From positions 5,084,001 through 5,148,000 of the forward strand of contig JBLDXI010000009.1 of NCBI GenBank assembly GCA_047495785.1: 64,000 bases of DNA. The letters are read 5' to 3'. The notes under the pieces are model-generated. The model searched no databases. It was not told where the DNA came from and worked only from the letters and a program-made list of their open reading frames with translations. The DNA comes from Lepidodermella squamata. Taxonomy: Eukaryota; Animalia; Gastrotricha. Numbering within the stretch: position 1 is the stretch's first letter; each line of letters begins with the position of its first letter. Below, one piece after another: positions 37,218 to 49,672 of this stretch. Made by a program: the position numbers and the translations under genes.

Positions 37218-38690
37218 ATGGCGCTTGATCTTCAGGCAACTCGCCAAGTTTGCCGCGAAGTGGCAATTTTCGAAATCACAGCGTTGGAGAAATCAATTGC
37301 CAATGTTTCATTTGCGGAAATATGGACACCAGCCGATCAATGCAAACAGGCCGAACCCCAGATAAGCTTGAAAAACCCGAAAATCCATACAAAAAATTAA
37401 AAATCTTATTATTTATTATTCGAAATCAAAAGCCTAAAATTGCCTAAAATTGGCTATTCGTACATATATATGTACGCCATTTTGGCTATTCGTACATATA
37501 TTTTTAGAAAAAAATTGAACTGATGCCATGTGTACAATTTTTTAGGTAACACGTTGAATTTTTTACTACAGATCGGAAATTGGGGGAATTTAGAACCCTG
37601 AAGTTTTCAGCTCCGTGGGCACATCTCTAAGGAAACTAGAGGGGTAAATGATGAATCGGCTTTAGACCCATACCGAAAGGTAGGTTGGTCCCAGCATGTC
37701 AAATTGTTTGGCACAACTTCTGCACAATTCGGCACATCTTCCCCGAAATTCTCAAGTCTCTATGAGCTACCGTTAAAATTCAGCATCAAATTCAATATCA
37801 GCAAAAAATCAGCTGAAAATATGTACGAATAGCCATTTTCGCGTACATATATATGTACGAATAGCCAAAATGACGTACATATATATGTACGAATAGCCAA
37901 AATGGCGTACATATGTATGTACGAATAGCCGCACTCTTTATTTTATTGCAAAATTGCAAAAATGGCGAATACAATATTTTTATAATATTATAAAAATGCC
38001 ATCAAGGTAATTTTTAATTTTTACTAAAATTTTTAGACTCTGTTACCGAGCTCACACGCCAAGTGCTATTTCGCTATTAAACCTCAAGTTCTAATTGACC
38101 TATTCGACGGTAAATTCGACGCGCTAATCGACGCTTTCGACATTGCTGATTGCCGTTACCCGTACGAATTCGAAGGTGGCCACATTCGCAGTGCGATCAA
38201 CACGCCGCTTCTTACCCAGCTCGAGTCGAATTTCCCCATCACAGGGTGTCTAAAGCAACATCGCCGGGTTTTGATCATCCACTGCGAATTTACGTGTCAA
38301 CGCGGCCCGGCTGCGCTTCGTTGGTTCCGCAACAAAGACCGCGAATTGAACCGCGAAAACTATCCGAAGCTGGACTACCCCGAGGTTTACCTACTCCAAG
38401 GTGGCTACAAAGCGTTCGCTGAGCTGTGCGTGGCCCTCGGCCGTTTTAACTTGATTTCTAGCCCAGCTTTGTCGATTGATCAACCGAGCAGCTACTACGT
38501 GGCCATGCGCGACGGCGATCATCGAGCCTGGCGGCGTAAAGTTGACGGAGATCGATGTTTGAATTCGAATTCGTATCCGACCCAAGACAGCTTTCAATTA
38601 ACACCACCATCTGCATCAGGCCTCAAGTCGGAGTGCGGAATGGATAACCGCCGCCACGAACGTCTCCAGAAATGCCGCCTTGACTTTTGA
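37218..38690 (+). CDS. CDC25: Short Cdc25 phosphatase, copy 2 (exon-1 donor reads AT rather than GT; possibly a pseudogene)
   Basis: Exon 2 (38037-38690) is intact, with HCEFTCQRGP. Putative exon 1 (37218-37361, MALDLQATRQVC...AEPQ) ends CAG|ATAAGC. Confidence 0.7.
37452..37930. mobile_element. Foldback/MITE-like element with internally repeated palindromic termini, in the Cdc25 copy 2 intron
   Basis: The left end has GGCTATTCGTACATATA twice. The right end has ~30-bp tandem units TATGTACGAATAGCCAAAATGGCGTACATA (37820-37930) in inverted orientation. Confidence 0.65.
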
Positions 38691-39204
38691 AAATCAAGAC
38701 ATGAATTCTTATTTGACTTTATTGACACAATTTACCTTATTATTCTAAAGTAAGGTCATTTCTGAATTGGACCAAAATCTGAGCAAGCTGATGAGTCATC
38801 CGTCGATTTCAAAAATAATGACCCAATTGATTTGTTTTTTAAAATTGATTTACAGTACCTATACAATTATTGCGCTCGACTTATGCGATCAATAAAATGC
38901 GCTTTTCAAAGAAAAATAAATCGATACGTTTGTTGGATGGTTTTACCCCATAAATTTCAATTGGGCCCATATCTGTCATTACCATTGCAGATTATGGGGC
39001 TATTCGTTGAAATGTTCGTGCAAGCAGTAAAATGAGGCTTACTGAACCCCATATCTATATTGCGAACATTTTGCAGGGAGTTATCCGAGAGCTAGGTATC
39101 GATGCTCTATGGAATTGCGATGCATATTTGTGGCGCATGTATACATTTGTTTATTCGTGAGGATTTTAGCATAATTTCGCTTGAAACTTTTTCAAAAATT
39201 ATTA

Positions 39205-39277
39205 CGAGGCTGCCAGGAGTCGAACCTGGAATCTTCTGATCCGTAGTCAGACGCGTTATCCATTGCGCCACAACCCC
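39205..39277 (-). tRNA. tRNA-Arg(ACG)
   Basis: GGGGTTGTGGCGCAATGGATAACGCGTCTGACTACGGATCAGAAGATTCCAGGTTCGACTCCTGGCAGCCTCG; full cloverleaf, anticodon ACG. Confidence 0.95.
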
Positions 39278-40300
39278 CCTGCCGTTTAACCATGGCGTAG
39301 CTGGAAGAAACATTGCAGTTGGGCTTTTCTTTCAATATAATGCCAATTCCGCTTGGTCATATTTTGAAAATTCCTAGAAAATCAGTAAAAAATCATCGAA
39401 GTTCGCTCCAAGTATCGAAATGTGGACCATGATGTGGGCTACCTGCGGACCATTAAAAAACTGATTCAATTTCAATTTAAATGATCATGGAAATCATCTT
39501 TATTTCTAACTGCGAAACCATTTTTCATCGATATAACACCAGTTAACATTTCTTTGAAAATTTCGAAAAAATAATCAGCGTGTTCCTCTTGATTTCCTCT
39601 GTCTGGATCCGTCAACGAAACCCTTGGGAAAATCGAAACCGTCACGGAACCAGCTAAAAAACAATCGAATATTTTGTTTACTTTATACCTCCAAGCGCTG
39701 CTGAATCAGCTGACCATCTGGCGCCCATGGCGTGGCACCCTTTTTCTCGTGAGTAAGCAGTCTATCCTAAATTATGTCTATGTGCTGAGCGGAAACTCGA
39801 ATCCACGATAATTTTCCACGTTACCTCGTGATTTTTATCACCAAGGCATTAACGATAAATATTAAATGTCTGGGCAACCGTAGCACCTGGGTCTTATTTT
39901 GGATTTTAAAATTAAAAAAGTTAAGTTTTAAGATCAAACCTCCACCGAAATTTCAAATTTTAAAATATTTCAAAATAAAAATTGCTAAAAAAATATTGAC
40001 ATTGAACAATCAACGGTAAATAAGTAGAAGCCAGTTTCACGTTAGCCCTGTCGATGGATGATCCCGATAAAAATCGAGAGAATTTCTAAATTAAATATGC
40101 ATAAAAAAGTTCCATTTTTTCAAACCCTTGCCATTCCATATTTCTCCGGGCTCATATTTTAACTATAAACAGTCAGAACCCAAGTCAAAAAAGGGAAAAA
40201 TTTAAAACCTCTCAAGAGTGCCCTAAATTTGCATAAAAGCTTCACTTCTGAACCTAAACTGAATCTAACTTTCCATGGAAACAGTTCATCAAGAATATAT

Positions 40301-40341
40301 CGTGGCTGCCAGTAGTCGAACCTGGAATCTTCTGATCTGTA
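40301..40341 (-). pseudogene. tRNA-Arg 3' half fragment
   Basis: TACAGATCAGAAGATTCCAGGTTCGACTACTGGCAGCCACG matches the 3' half of the neighbouring tRNA-Arg with substitutions; the 5' half is missing. Confidence 0.75.
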
Positions 40342-40673
40342 TCCCGTATCTAAGCCGCGCCAAGACCCAGTTGAACTCAAATATGACCCCGTTTCCAACC
40401 CCGTTATGACCTAATGTATTAACAAAGTGGCACGTTTTTTATTTGTCCGAGAATATAATAAAAAAACAGCGGAAAGGGCAAATCGCGTGTGGGCAAGCCA
40501 CCCAAAATAGATGACACAGCTTTCGAGCGAACATTTCCACCTACATACTGATCGCGCGTTGTCGTGCGTGGCCATTTTCAATAAAATCGAAAAGTGTAAC
40601 GCCGCCGCTGTTATTTATAAACCGTTTTTCATTGCTTTCAGATCCCATAATCCTTTAAATTTTGGACGAAAAA

Positions 40674-43600
40674 ATGAAAATACTGCTAGCGATATTATCG
40701 TTTGTTTTGATTTATTTACTGGCCGGCGTGAATGCTGCCAGGCATTCCTACTTGTATTCACGTGTTCCAAGCAATGGCGAGCTGCCTATTCTCTCGAGTG
40801 CCAGTTTGAAGAAGTACCCCAACCCTGTGCCGGTCTATTTCAACACCGACTCGACGTGGACTGATGAAAACGGCAATCCAGCTATTCCTTGTAGGTTTGA
40901 TTTTGTTTATCAGGGTCTTAAACATTTTACTTCAAATATCACATGAAAACTAGATCCGACATTTGTAAATGTTTTAATTTAACTTTCAAATCTAGCCGAA
41001 GCGGCAAAGAATAAGTTTAGACAAGGTGCGGCTATGATTGAAGAGGTATCATGCATTCGATTCGACATATCCGAAAGCAGGCCTATTGGAATGAATGACG
41101 TCGGCATCGCTCTAATTGGTCGAACGTAAAGAATCATTGAAAATGATGCATATTAGTTCCTAACGGTTGATATATTACATATATATATATTCTAGAGACC
41201 AGGGAACCGGGCCTATAAATGGATCCTTTGAAAATGCGCTGTATGGTTTCAATGCCGGTAGTGATGACGCAGACTGGCGAGTGAGATTTTTTCGCGTGGA
41301 TTTCGCGGAATAGCTGTAATTTTGTTTTATGAAAAGGTTACAGATTATGCCTTTTTAATCTCATTGTTTTTGGGTCTGAACATGGACGTTCAACGCCCCG
41401 ACCGCGATTTGTACCTCAAGTTCATAAATGCTACTTATGCCGACTGGTGAGTGTAGGGTAATATTTATCAATGAGATTCCAATTTGGGGTCGCAGATAAT
41501 TATTAACTCGGATTAGTTGGGGAGACGGAGTCACATATTTGAGCCCTGATGTCTTAGGATCAAGGTTCAAATTCATAATTGTATCAGAATGTTCACTTCA
41601 ATAGGTTTCCCATTGACAACGATGCTTTTGCTACCGACCTGCCTTTCGATTACGCCACTTTGCTAAGCTGGTATTTTCAAGACACCAGTGACGAATCATT
41701 CCGCGCGGTGGAACCTACTAACGACTTGCGTTACTTGACGTCCATCGGCCAAACGACTGGCCTCTCGGTATTGGATGCCTTGAAGTTGAACAGATACTAC
41801 GATTGCTTCAGTTATAAACGATTTTTTCCGGACATCTTGCTTGATATCAATTCACCATTTTCCTTTCAGATGTGTCTCAGTGCAACATCACTCAATGCAA
41901 AAACGGAGGATTTCCTGATCCGAACAAAAACTGCGCGGTTTGCACGTGTCCATGGGGATTTTCGGGAAACGATTGCTCAGCGATCGCCCCGCCGGTTCCT
42001 GCCGGCCTTGCTTGTGGCGGTGAAGTTTACGTTGGCCCTACTGAATCGAAAGTTATTACGTCACCGAATTTTCCGAGCAATTACTCCAGCGGGTCGAGCT
42101 GCACCTGGCTGATAAAAACTGTGAGATTCTCCCATGTTTGAAACAAGCTCTTAGAACCTATTTTTCAGGACGTAGGGAGTGGTCTGATTTTTGGCTTCGA
42201 AGATCGGCCTGAAGTTTCGTGCGATTTCCTCTGTAAGAAAAAGGAAAACTCAAATTTGCTTGACATGGGTTGCTTGATATGCTTGTCACAGATCCACTAC
42301 TTTGCGGAGATTTTGTTCTTGTTCGAAATCTTGGAGCAGATGGCTATCCTGGTTTTAGGTAATACATTCCTGGACTCTTAGCTCGAAATGCCTAACATTC
42401 AACTCCTCCGCAGGTTTTGCACTTGTGGTGTTAATAGTGGTCGAGCTTTCACAACGGACAAAAACCAAGCTCTCGTCCATTTTCGATCGAGTGATTTATA
42501 CACTTCATCGAATGGCTTTAAGCTGGTTGTGCATGCCACTCGCCCGGGGATGCTGGCCTCTCAAATGTCGAAGGAGTGCAAGATTACGCAAAGTGGCTAT
42601 GACTACGAAGGTTCCGTGGTTACAAAGAGTGCCTCTGGTAAGGTTTGCGACGCTTGGACTGGCCAGACCAAGTACCCCGATCTGTCGTTCCCGCTCGGTC
42701 TCATCCCCAACTCTGGCAACGCTTGTCGCAATCCTGGCTCTGGCCCGAAAATGTCCTGTTTCGTGGACAATTACACAAAAGAAGAGGAGTGTCCTGACGT
42801 TCGCCTTTGCAGTGAGTATTATTTCTGGCCTTGAAATAAGAGGGTGAATCCCGGCTAGGTGATATCCACATGGATAGTCCAGATAGCCTGCATTGGAAAT
42901 GTTTTGTAAGGGTACAGGAAAAGCTGATGATGAGGGACTTTCAGCTAAGACTTACAGCTGAAATGCCTCAATAGCGCATGTTTGTGTTTCATACTATGCT
43001 GTAATATCTTCCCGAATTTTCACAGCTGCTATTCGCTATCGCTGTGCGAAGAAGAATAATGGCGAATTTCAAGGATGCAAGAAATACTGTTCTCCGGATG
43101 AGAGAATCATTGCGAGTGGCAGGACATTGCACACTGACACATGCAACAAAGGAGTGAGTTATTTACGAACAAACTCACTTCAATGTAAAAGAAACCTTTT
43201 CTTGAATTACCTATAGAGAGTAATCAGGTGTACCAAGCAGAGCAATAGATTCAAATTCTACTGTATTTCGGGTGATTTGAAGTGCGCTGCCAACGAAACT
43301 GTAAGTACTCCAAATAACCTTTATCTCTCAGACAACATCTGGATTTTTTCTCAAGGCATCGACCTTCAGTTTATTCAAATTCTTCGGTACTAATTATCTC
43401 GATTGCTTGCACAACCCTGGAGCTGGATGGGTAAGGAAGAGAGATTTTTTATCAACCTTTTATGATTTTTCACACGTTTTGATAGAAATACGTTCGCTGC
43501 AAATCGCGTGCAACTAACAATTTCGTTGACTGCCGCCGCAAAGACCCGGCTTTCGGTTGTCATCCCGACGAGGTTGTTCAATTTGACTATTTTCGGCTTA

Positions 43601-43689
43601 GCCATTAATCAAATAATTTTCTGTTCTAATCACAGTACCCGATGGGCGAATTCAAAACGCCCAAGTCTTGCTATTTGAGCAGAATGTAA
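40674..43689 (+). CDS. Secreted pseudo-astacin (degenerate M12A domain)-EGF-CUB-kringle-Cys-repeat protein, copy A
   Basis: Signal peptide, then astacin fold hallmarks (SCIRF, RPDRDLY, PFDYATLL, IGQTTGLSVLDALKLNRYYDC). EGF CKNGGFPDPNKNCAVCTCPWGFSGNDC, CUB (ITSPNFPSNY...CTWLI...VHFRSSD...GFKL), kringle (GYDYEG...SGKVCDAW...NACRNPG). About 13 exons splice in frame; the protein ends SCYLSRM*. Confidence 0.85.
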
Positions 43690-44487
43690 ATCGGCAAATT
43701 CTCGCTGATGCTGAACAATATGATTGATGTATCATTGTGTTATTTTGACTATTATTTTGCGGGTGGTTAACAATAATATTATTTGTGGAGACATTGTTCT
43801 TTTGGAATTTATTTATTGAAAGTTGAAGACACTTTTTTGTCGCTTATGCTATTATGATAATATTACTTTATATCATTAGCTCACGCGTATGTGTTCATTT
43901 GTGAAAAATAACCTAAATTCCCATTAGGCCTATAAGGCGTCTGTCATTACCTCTTTGCAGATTAAATGTAACAGATATAAACAGGTCATCAAAAATCGAA
44001 CCTTCCATTGAGATAAATGCAACGTATCAAGTTAAATAGAAAACAGTTGACGAGTGTATAATGGACTTCGCATTGAGGAGTTGCATTTACTGAATTATGT
44101 AGTGTTTTTTGATCGATCATCTCGTGAGGAATGGACGGCAGGCTGAGCGGGTCGCATGGTTGACTAACACCGACGCAATGCCCAAAAGCAGGAAGCAGCA
44201 AAGGCTAATTGACTGAATATCTTCCTCTTCCTTCTATTCTTCCTTCTTCCTCCTCTTCCTTAGCGTAGAAATCTAAGTTGAGGGAATGGGTGCTTAGCTT
44301 CAATGCCATTTCAATGGCAATGACAGGTTATTCCAAGTCTTATCTCTCGCCAAACTGTCAATGACATTGATTCCATGCATGGGGAGTTCGGAATTTCTTG
44401 TATTTCAGAGTAAAACAATGTCGTGCTATTGCCGTTTCCAGCCTATTACAGATGTATTCAGTAACATTTTGTTTCTTAGAATAAGGC

Positions 44488-44560
44488 GGAGTTGTGGCGC
44501 AATGGATAACGCGTCTGACTACGGATCAGAAGATTCCAGGTTCGACTCCTGGCAGCCTCG
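44488..44560 (+). tRNA. tRNA-Arg(ACG), acceptor-stem variant
   Basis: Identical to the 39205-39277 copy except G3->A, giving an A3:C70 mismatch. Confidence 0.9.
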
Positions 44561-44814
44561 ATGTAATTTTATCAATATTTAGCGATTGAACCAGATTGAA
44601 ACCAGTCACGTGGATGTCATAAATATGTTTGGAGATTTTATTTACAGAAGCGACAAAAACATTTTCATTGCATTCATTTTATCAAGTTCCGAAGAATAAT
44701 TTGTGACTCTATGTTTTCAGCTATAGGTATCAATCAAAATAACAGAAAAATATCAGTCAAAATAGGAGAAGATGTTCGCGCATTTTGTTTCGCTTAATGT
44801 TACTTCGCCAAAAT

Positions 44815-47800
44815 TTATCGTCTGTTCAAGTAGCAATTCTTGGGCGTGAGGAATGTATCTGTCGGGTACTATGATTAAAAAATAGAATGCCCAGACTAAA
44901 TTAAACAAATGGACCAACCTCGTCGGGGTGGCAGCCGAAAGCCGGGTCTCTACGACGGCAGTCAACGAAATTGTTTGTTTTACGCGATTTGCAGCGAACG
45001 TATTTCTTCATTTAAAATTAAAACATTTATAAAGAAACTAAAAAATCCCTCTTCCTTACCCATCCAGCTCCAGGCTTGTGTAAGCACTCGAGATAATTAG
45101 GACCGAAGAATTTGAACGAATTAAAGGTCGATGCCTTCAGAAATAATTTGAATTTTGTGTATTATGATATAAGCTATTTGAAGCACTCACAATTTCGTCG
45201 GCAGCACACTTCATATCTCCGGAAATACAGTAGAATTTGAATTTGTTATTCTGCTTGGTGCACTTGATTACTCTCTAAAATGAATTACAGTTTTCTGTCA
45301 GGTTTTCAAGTGCGTTTTCAGTAAAGAGAACTCACGCCCTGGTCGCATGTATCAGCGTACAATGTCTTGCCACTCGCGAGGATGTTCTCGTTCGGGGAAC
45401 AATACTTCTTGCAGCCCTGATACTCGCCATTGCTCGTCTTCAAACATCGATAACGGATAGCAGCTGTTGAAATTGGGGAACGGTAAATTATCACCGGAAA
45501 CATCATCCTTCTCTTGAGATGTTCCATTTAAAAATCACTCGATTTGCCCTGAGGCCCCTGCCCTACCAAAGTTCCTGTTTCCTTACCAGCTTATTCCCTT
45601 CTAGCTCCTGTCACAGAGTTTCATAAAGGCTGAAAAGTAGAATATCTTTGGAATTACCCTGGTTCCAACAAATAAAAACGTATCAGCATATGATCGCGAA
45701 GAGACCAGTGATGGCACATAATAAAGGAGAATAGCCTTTGCTTAAGTTCCTATCCTATTTGCCCTTATTCGCTAATTATTCGCTAAATATTCGCTAAAAA
45801 AAAGAGTGTGGCTTACTGCAAAGGCGAACGTCAGGACACTCCTCTTCCTTCGCGTAATTGTCCACGAAACAGGACATTTTCGGGCCAGAGCCAGGATTGC
45901 GACAGGCGTTGCCAGAGTTAGGGATTAGACCGAGCGGGAACGACAGATCGGGGTACTTGGTCTGGCCAGTCCATGCGTTGCAAACCTTACCAGAGGCACT
46001 CTTCATAACCGCAGAACCTTCGTAGTCAAAGCCACTTTGCGTAATCTTGCACTCCTTCGACATTTGCGAAGCTGGCAACCCCGGACGAGTGGCATAGACA
46101 ACCAGCTTAAAGCCATTCGATGACGTGTATAGATCACTCGATCGGAAGTGAACGATGGCTTGGTTTTTGTCCGTTGTGAAAGCTCGACCACTGTTCACAC
46201 CGGTGATGGTTCACACCTGGAGTAAAGGTTAAGTCAAGTGTTTAAGTTATACGAGGGGGGGGGGGGGGGGGTTACCTGAAACCAGGATAGCCATCCGCTC
46301 CAAGACTTCGCACAAGGACAAAATCTCCGCAAATTTCTGGATCTGAGAAAAGCAGGTAGAACATTAAGAATCTGAGCCAAAAATGTGGGTTACTTACATG
46401 AGAAATCACGAGAGACATCAGGGCGACCTTCGAAGCCGAAAATCAGACCACTCCCCGTGTCCTGAAAAAGGATTTTACATTGCTTGTTCGAATGTTGGAA
46501 GAAGCTTACTGTTTTAATCAGCCACGTGCAGGTCGATCCGCTGGAGTAATTGCTTGGAAAATTCGGCGAGGTAATAATTTTCGATTCAGTTGGGCCCACG
46601 TAAACTTCACCACCACAAGCAAGGCCAGCTGGAACCGGCGGAGCGATCGCAGAGCAATCGTTGCCTGAGAAACCCCAAGGACACGTGCAAACGGCGCAGT
46701 TTTTGTTCGGGTCTGGAAATCCTCCGTTTTCGCACCGTGTGATGTTGCACTGGGACATGTCTGAGAGAAAAATATTAAAATGGCATTCTACCATCTACCA
46801 GACTTCCTGAACATCTGTTTACTGAAACAATCGTAGTATCTGTTCAGCTTCAAGATGTCCATTACTGAGAGTCCCGTCATTTGCCCAATAGACGTCAAGT
46901 AACGCAGGTCGGTTTTAGGTTCGAATTGTCGGAATGATGGGTCGTATTGAAAGTAATAACTTAGTAGCGTGGCGTAATCGAAAGGCAGGTCGGTAGCGAA
47001 AGCTTCGTTGTAAATTGGAAACCTAAAAGGTAGGAAGACAAACAGTTTTATAATACATCGTTATACAAAGATGTTACAAAAATGACCTTATTGTAATCGT
47101 ATACGTATAAAATCGTATATAACGCAACCAAAAAAGTACAGTGGAAGAAAATTAGTCCAATTCAGTCTAAAACCCAAGACGATGCCCAGAGCCCGAGACC
47201 CGAGCAGCTATTCCTTCCTCATCGAATTTTTTCGGCTTTTATTGCTGTAGGGAAGTGGGGCAAAATACTTTTTGTGGCTTTCATTCAGTGAATATAAGAA
47301 ATTTGTAGAAAAGAGCTATCAATTGCGCGATTACGCAAATTATGAGGCACTTTCTGTGCCATAGATAACACGGATTTTTTCATGAACTCACCAGTCCGCA
47401 TAGGTATCATTTGCGAACTTTAGATACAAATCGCGATCGGGGCGCCTGCCCTCATTCGTCATACCGAGGAACAAGGCTAGAAAAGCCGTGTAATCTGTAA
47501 CCTGTGAGGAATAAAATCGATAAAAATCTGAAAAATTGTCGGAATACACAAATCAATTTACTCTATAACCCGCTTCGTCGCTACCAGCATTGAATCCGTA
47601 CAGGGCCTCGTCATATGATCCATTTATAGCACCAGAGTACTCATCTCTATAGAAACAGGGAATAGAAGAAGGGATTGGACTTTGCTTCATTCTTACGTTA
47701 ATCCAATGAGAGCGATGCCGACATCATTCTTGCCGATGGGCCTGCTTTCAGATATGTCGAATCTGATGCATGTCGTCTCTTCGATCACAGTCACAGCTTT

Positions 47801-48116
47801 TCTGAACTTTTGCTTCGCCGCATCGGCTAAATAAAAATAGAAGGTTTGAATATGCAATGAGATGTATAATTTAAATTTTCGACTAACATGGAATCGCAGG
47901 ATTGCCGTTCGCGTCGGTCCATGTCGTGTCGCTGTTGAAGTAGACCGGTACAGGGTTGGGGTACTTCTTCAAAGTGGCACTCCTCAGATTAGGCTGCCCA
48001 TCGTCACCGCTGGTCTGGGCATTGGCACGAAAATACGCGGAGAACTTGACAGCATCCAGACCGGTAAACAGATAGCCTGAAATAAGCAATAAAATAGGTA
48101 GAGGCGTTTTCATCAT
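44815..48116 (-). CDS. Secreted pseudo-astacin-EGF-CUB-kringle protein, copy B (inverted paralog; lesion in a CUB exon)
   Basis: Exon-by-exon paralog of copy A (MMKTPLPILLLISGYLF...LKKYPNPVPVYFN; FLALFLGMTNEGRRPDRD; CENGGFPDPNKNC; kringle; ...KNCYLNRR*). The exon starting near 46216 is out of frame at the orthologous acceptor. Confidence 0.8.
46255..46271. repeat. Poly-G homopolymer in an intron of astacin copy B
   Basis: Run of ~17 G. Confidence 0.9.
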
Positions 48117-49029
48117 CTTTAATTTAAAAGCGTTTTTACAGTTATGCGTTTTCAGCCGCTGAGTTGGGGTTCTCTGAAAAACCAGGCCCGCGCTACAATA
48201 AGGCGCGTGATAAGCATGTTGTTTATGTCATATCACAATAGTGTCTTTCTAATTTAAAATCGTTGACACGCGATGCGCCTGTTTTTTGTTGTTGTTATCG
48301 GTTGAAGGTTGTTATCGCAAGCCCGTTGTACGAAAAAAATTGATGCGATTTTCAAAGGAGATGTTACGACCCAAGTCCGAAAGTGACTCCATCGCGGTCT
48401 GGTCGACCAGACCCCGACGTGGCTACAGGCGATTTCCACGTCGCGCTCTGATGCAACGGGCCTGCAATCTCTCTTATCAAAAACCTTTGTCGGGCTTGTT
48501 CGGCTCGTAGGTGTCGACCGAGGTACGATGGGCTCCACATGGAAAACAACGGACGCATTGTCCCGCGCCGAATTGAATTCAAAATTTATAACGAAAAGCA
48601 TTGAAAAGTGGTGGTCGCAGAGAATCGAGCCCAAACCATGTTATCCCGTGAAAAATGCAATATCCATTATTACCCGTGGCGCAAAAAGTTACGAATCCTA
48701 CGCAGAAATGGATAGTACCATTGCTGAAAGAAGCGGTGTAATGTTTTGCTGGAAATTCCAATGTTACGCGATTATCAACGATATGAAAAAAGTCATTTCG
48801 ATTTAATTCTAGAAGCCGTTATGTGGACACCGCACTTTTTTCCGCGTCGACAACAAAATGCCAGTTGAATCAGCATCGTAGGCCAGATCATATTTATATA
48901 TCATCGATTAATATACCATGGAAGCTGCTGGAACCCAAGCAATTGAAACAATCTCTCATCGTTTTGAAATTGTAGTCATAGTAGTAATTGGTAAAACTGG
49001 GATGTGAGATTTCGAATTTGTTCAATGGT

Positions 49030-49165
49030 CAGGGTTATGATCGAAAGAAAAGCGCAAATTTTGAGTTTTCAAAGCCCCAGGTAAAATTGGGCTGTAATTG
49101 GGTCCTTCATTCTTATTGCGTAACATAAATTGCAAATTTACACTTTTCCTTCGATCACAACCCTG
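49030..49165. mobile_element. Small MITE with ~30-bp imperfect TIRs starting CAGGG (hAT-like ends)
   Basis: CAGGGTTATGATCGAAAGAAAAGCGCAAATT at the left versus AATTTACACTTTTCCTTCGATCACAACCCTG at the right; no clear TSD. Confidence 0.55.
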
Positions 49166-49512
49166 AATGTCGGGCATAGTCTAATTGACTTGTGTCTCAA
49201 TTTTCTCGAATTTTCGATTAAAAATGACGACACCATTGAAGGTTTATCAAACCGCTCGAAATTGCCTTATCTGCCCAGACTTGCACATAGCCGAATTGCG
49301 TGATTTTTTTGCTTCAAAACAGTCGCGCTGTAAATAACTGGTAAAGCTGAATACTGAGCTTTGAAAACTATTAAAACTTAATGCTGTCGGTGATATAGGT
49401 AAGTGAGGAGGAAAGAATGCTAGGGACCTTCATGGGAGTAATTTAGAATGTGAAAATCCAATGTTGAAAGCATCACCTGATGAGGAATTAGGGCGTTCAA
49501 GAGAGAGATATA

Positions 49513-49672
49513 TACAGAGGGTGGCCAAAAAATTCCGCAGAAGGCGAATTCGATGCGCATCATTTTAATGAGGAGTTTCGAGAAATTGAGAAGTTCCACT
49601 AGCAAAAGAATGATTGAAATTCTTCAACTTATTAAAAATTGATGCGCTGTGGAATTTTTTGGCCACCCTGTA
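49513..49672. mobile_element. Tc1/mariner-type MITE flanked by TA
   Basis: TA-CAGAGGGTGGCCAAAAAATTCCGCAG ... CTGTGGAATTTTTTGGCCACCCTG-TA. Confidence 0.7.

Noticed and set aside
37451-37930. ~30-bp palindromic repeats superficially resembling a CRISPR array
   Set aside because: There are no unique spacers and no cas genes, and the context is a eukaryotic intron. The repeats are inverted between the two ends, as in a foldback transposon.
48254-48806. GC-richer stretch with overlapping ORFs upstream of astacin B
   Set aside because: Stops interrupt the frames and there is no recognisable motif. It may be a decayed gene or element but cannot be assigned.
48860-48930. Similarity (GCCAGTTG...CATGGAAGCTGCTGG) to the 5' flank of tRNA-Ile at 51865-51936
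   Set aside because: No tRNA body is adjacent; at most a duplication remnant.
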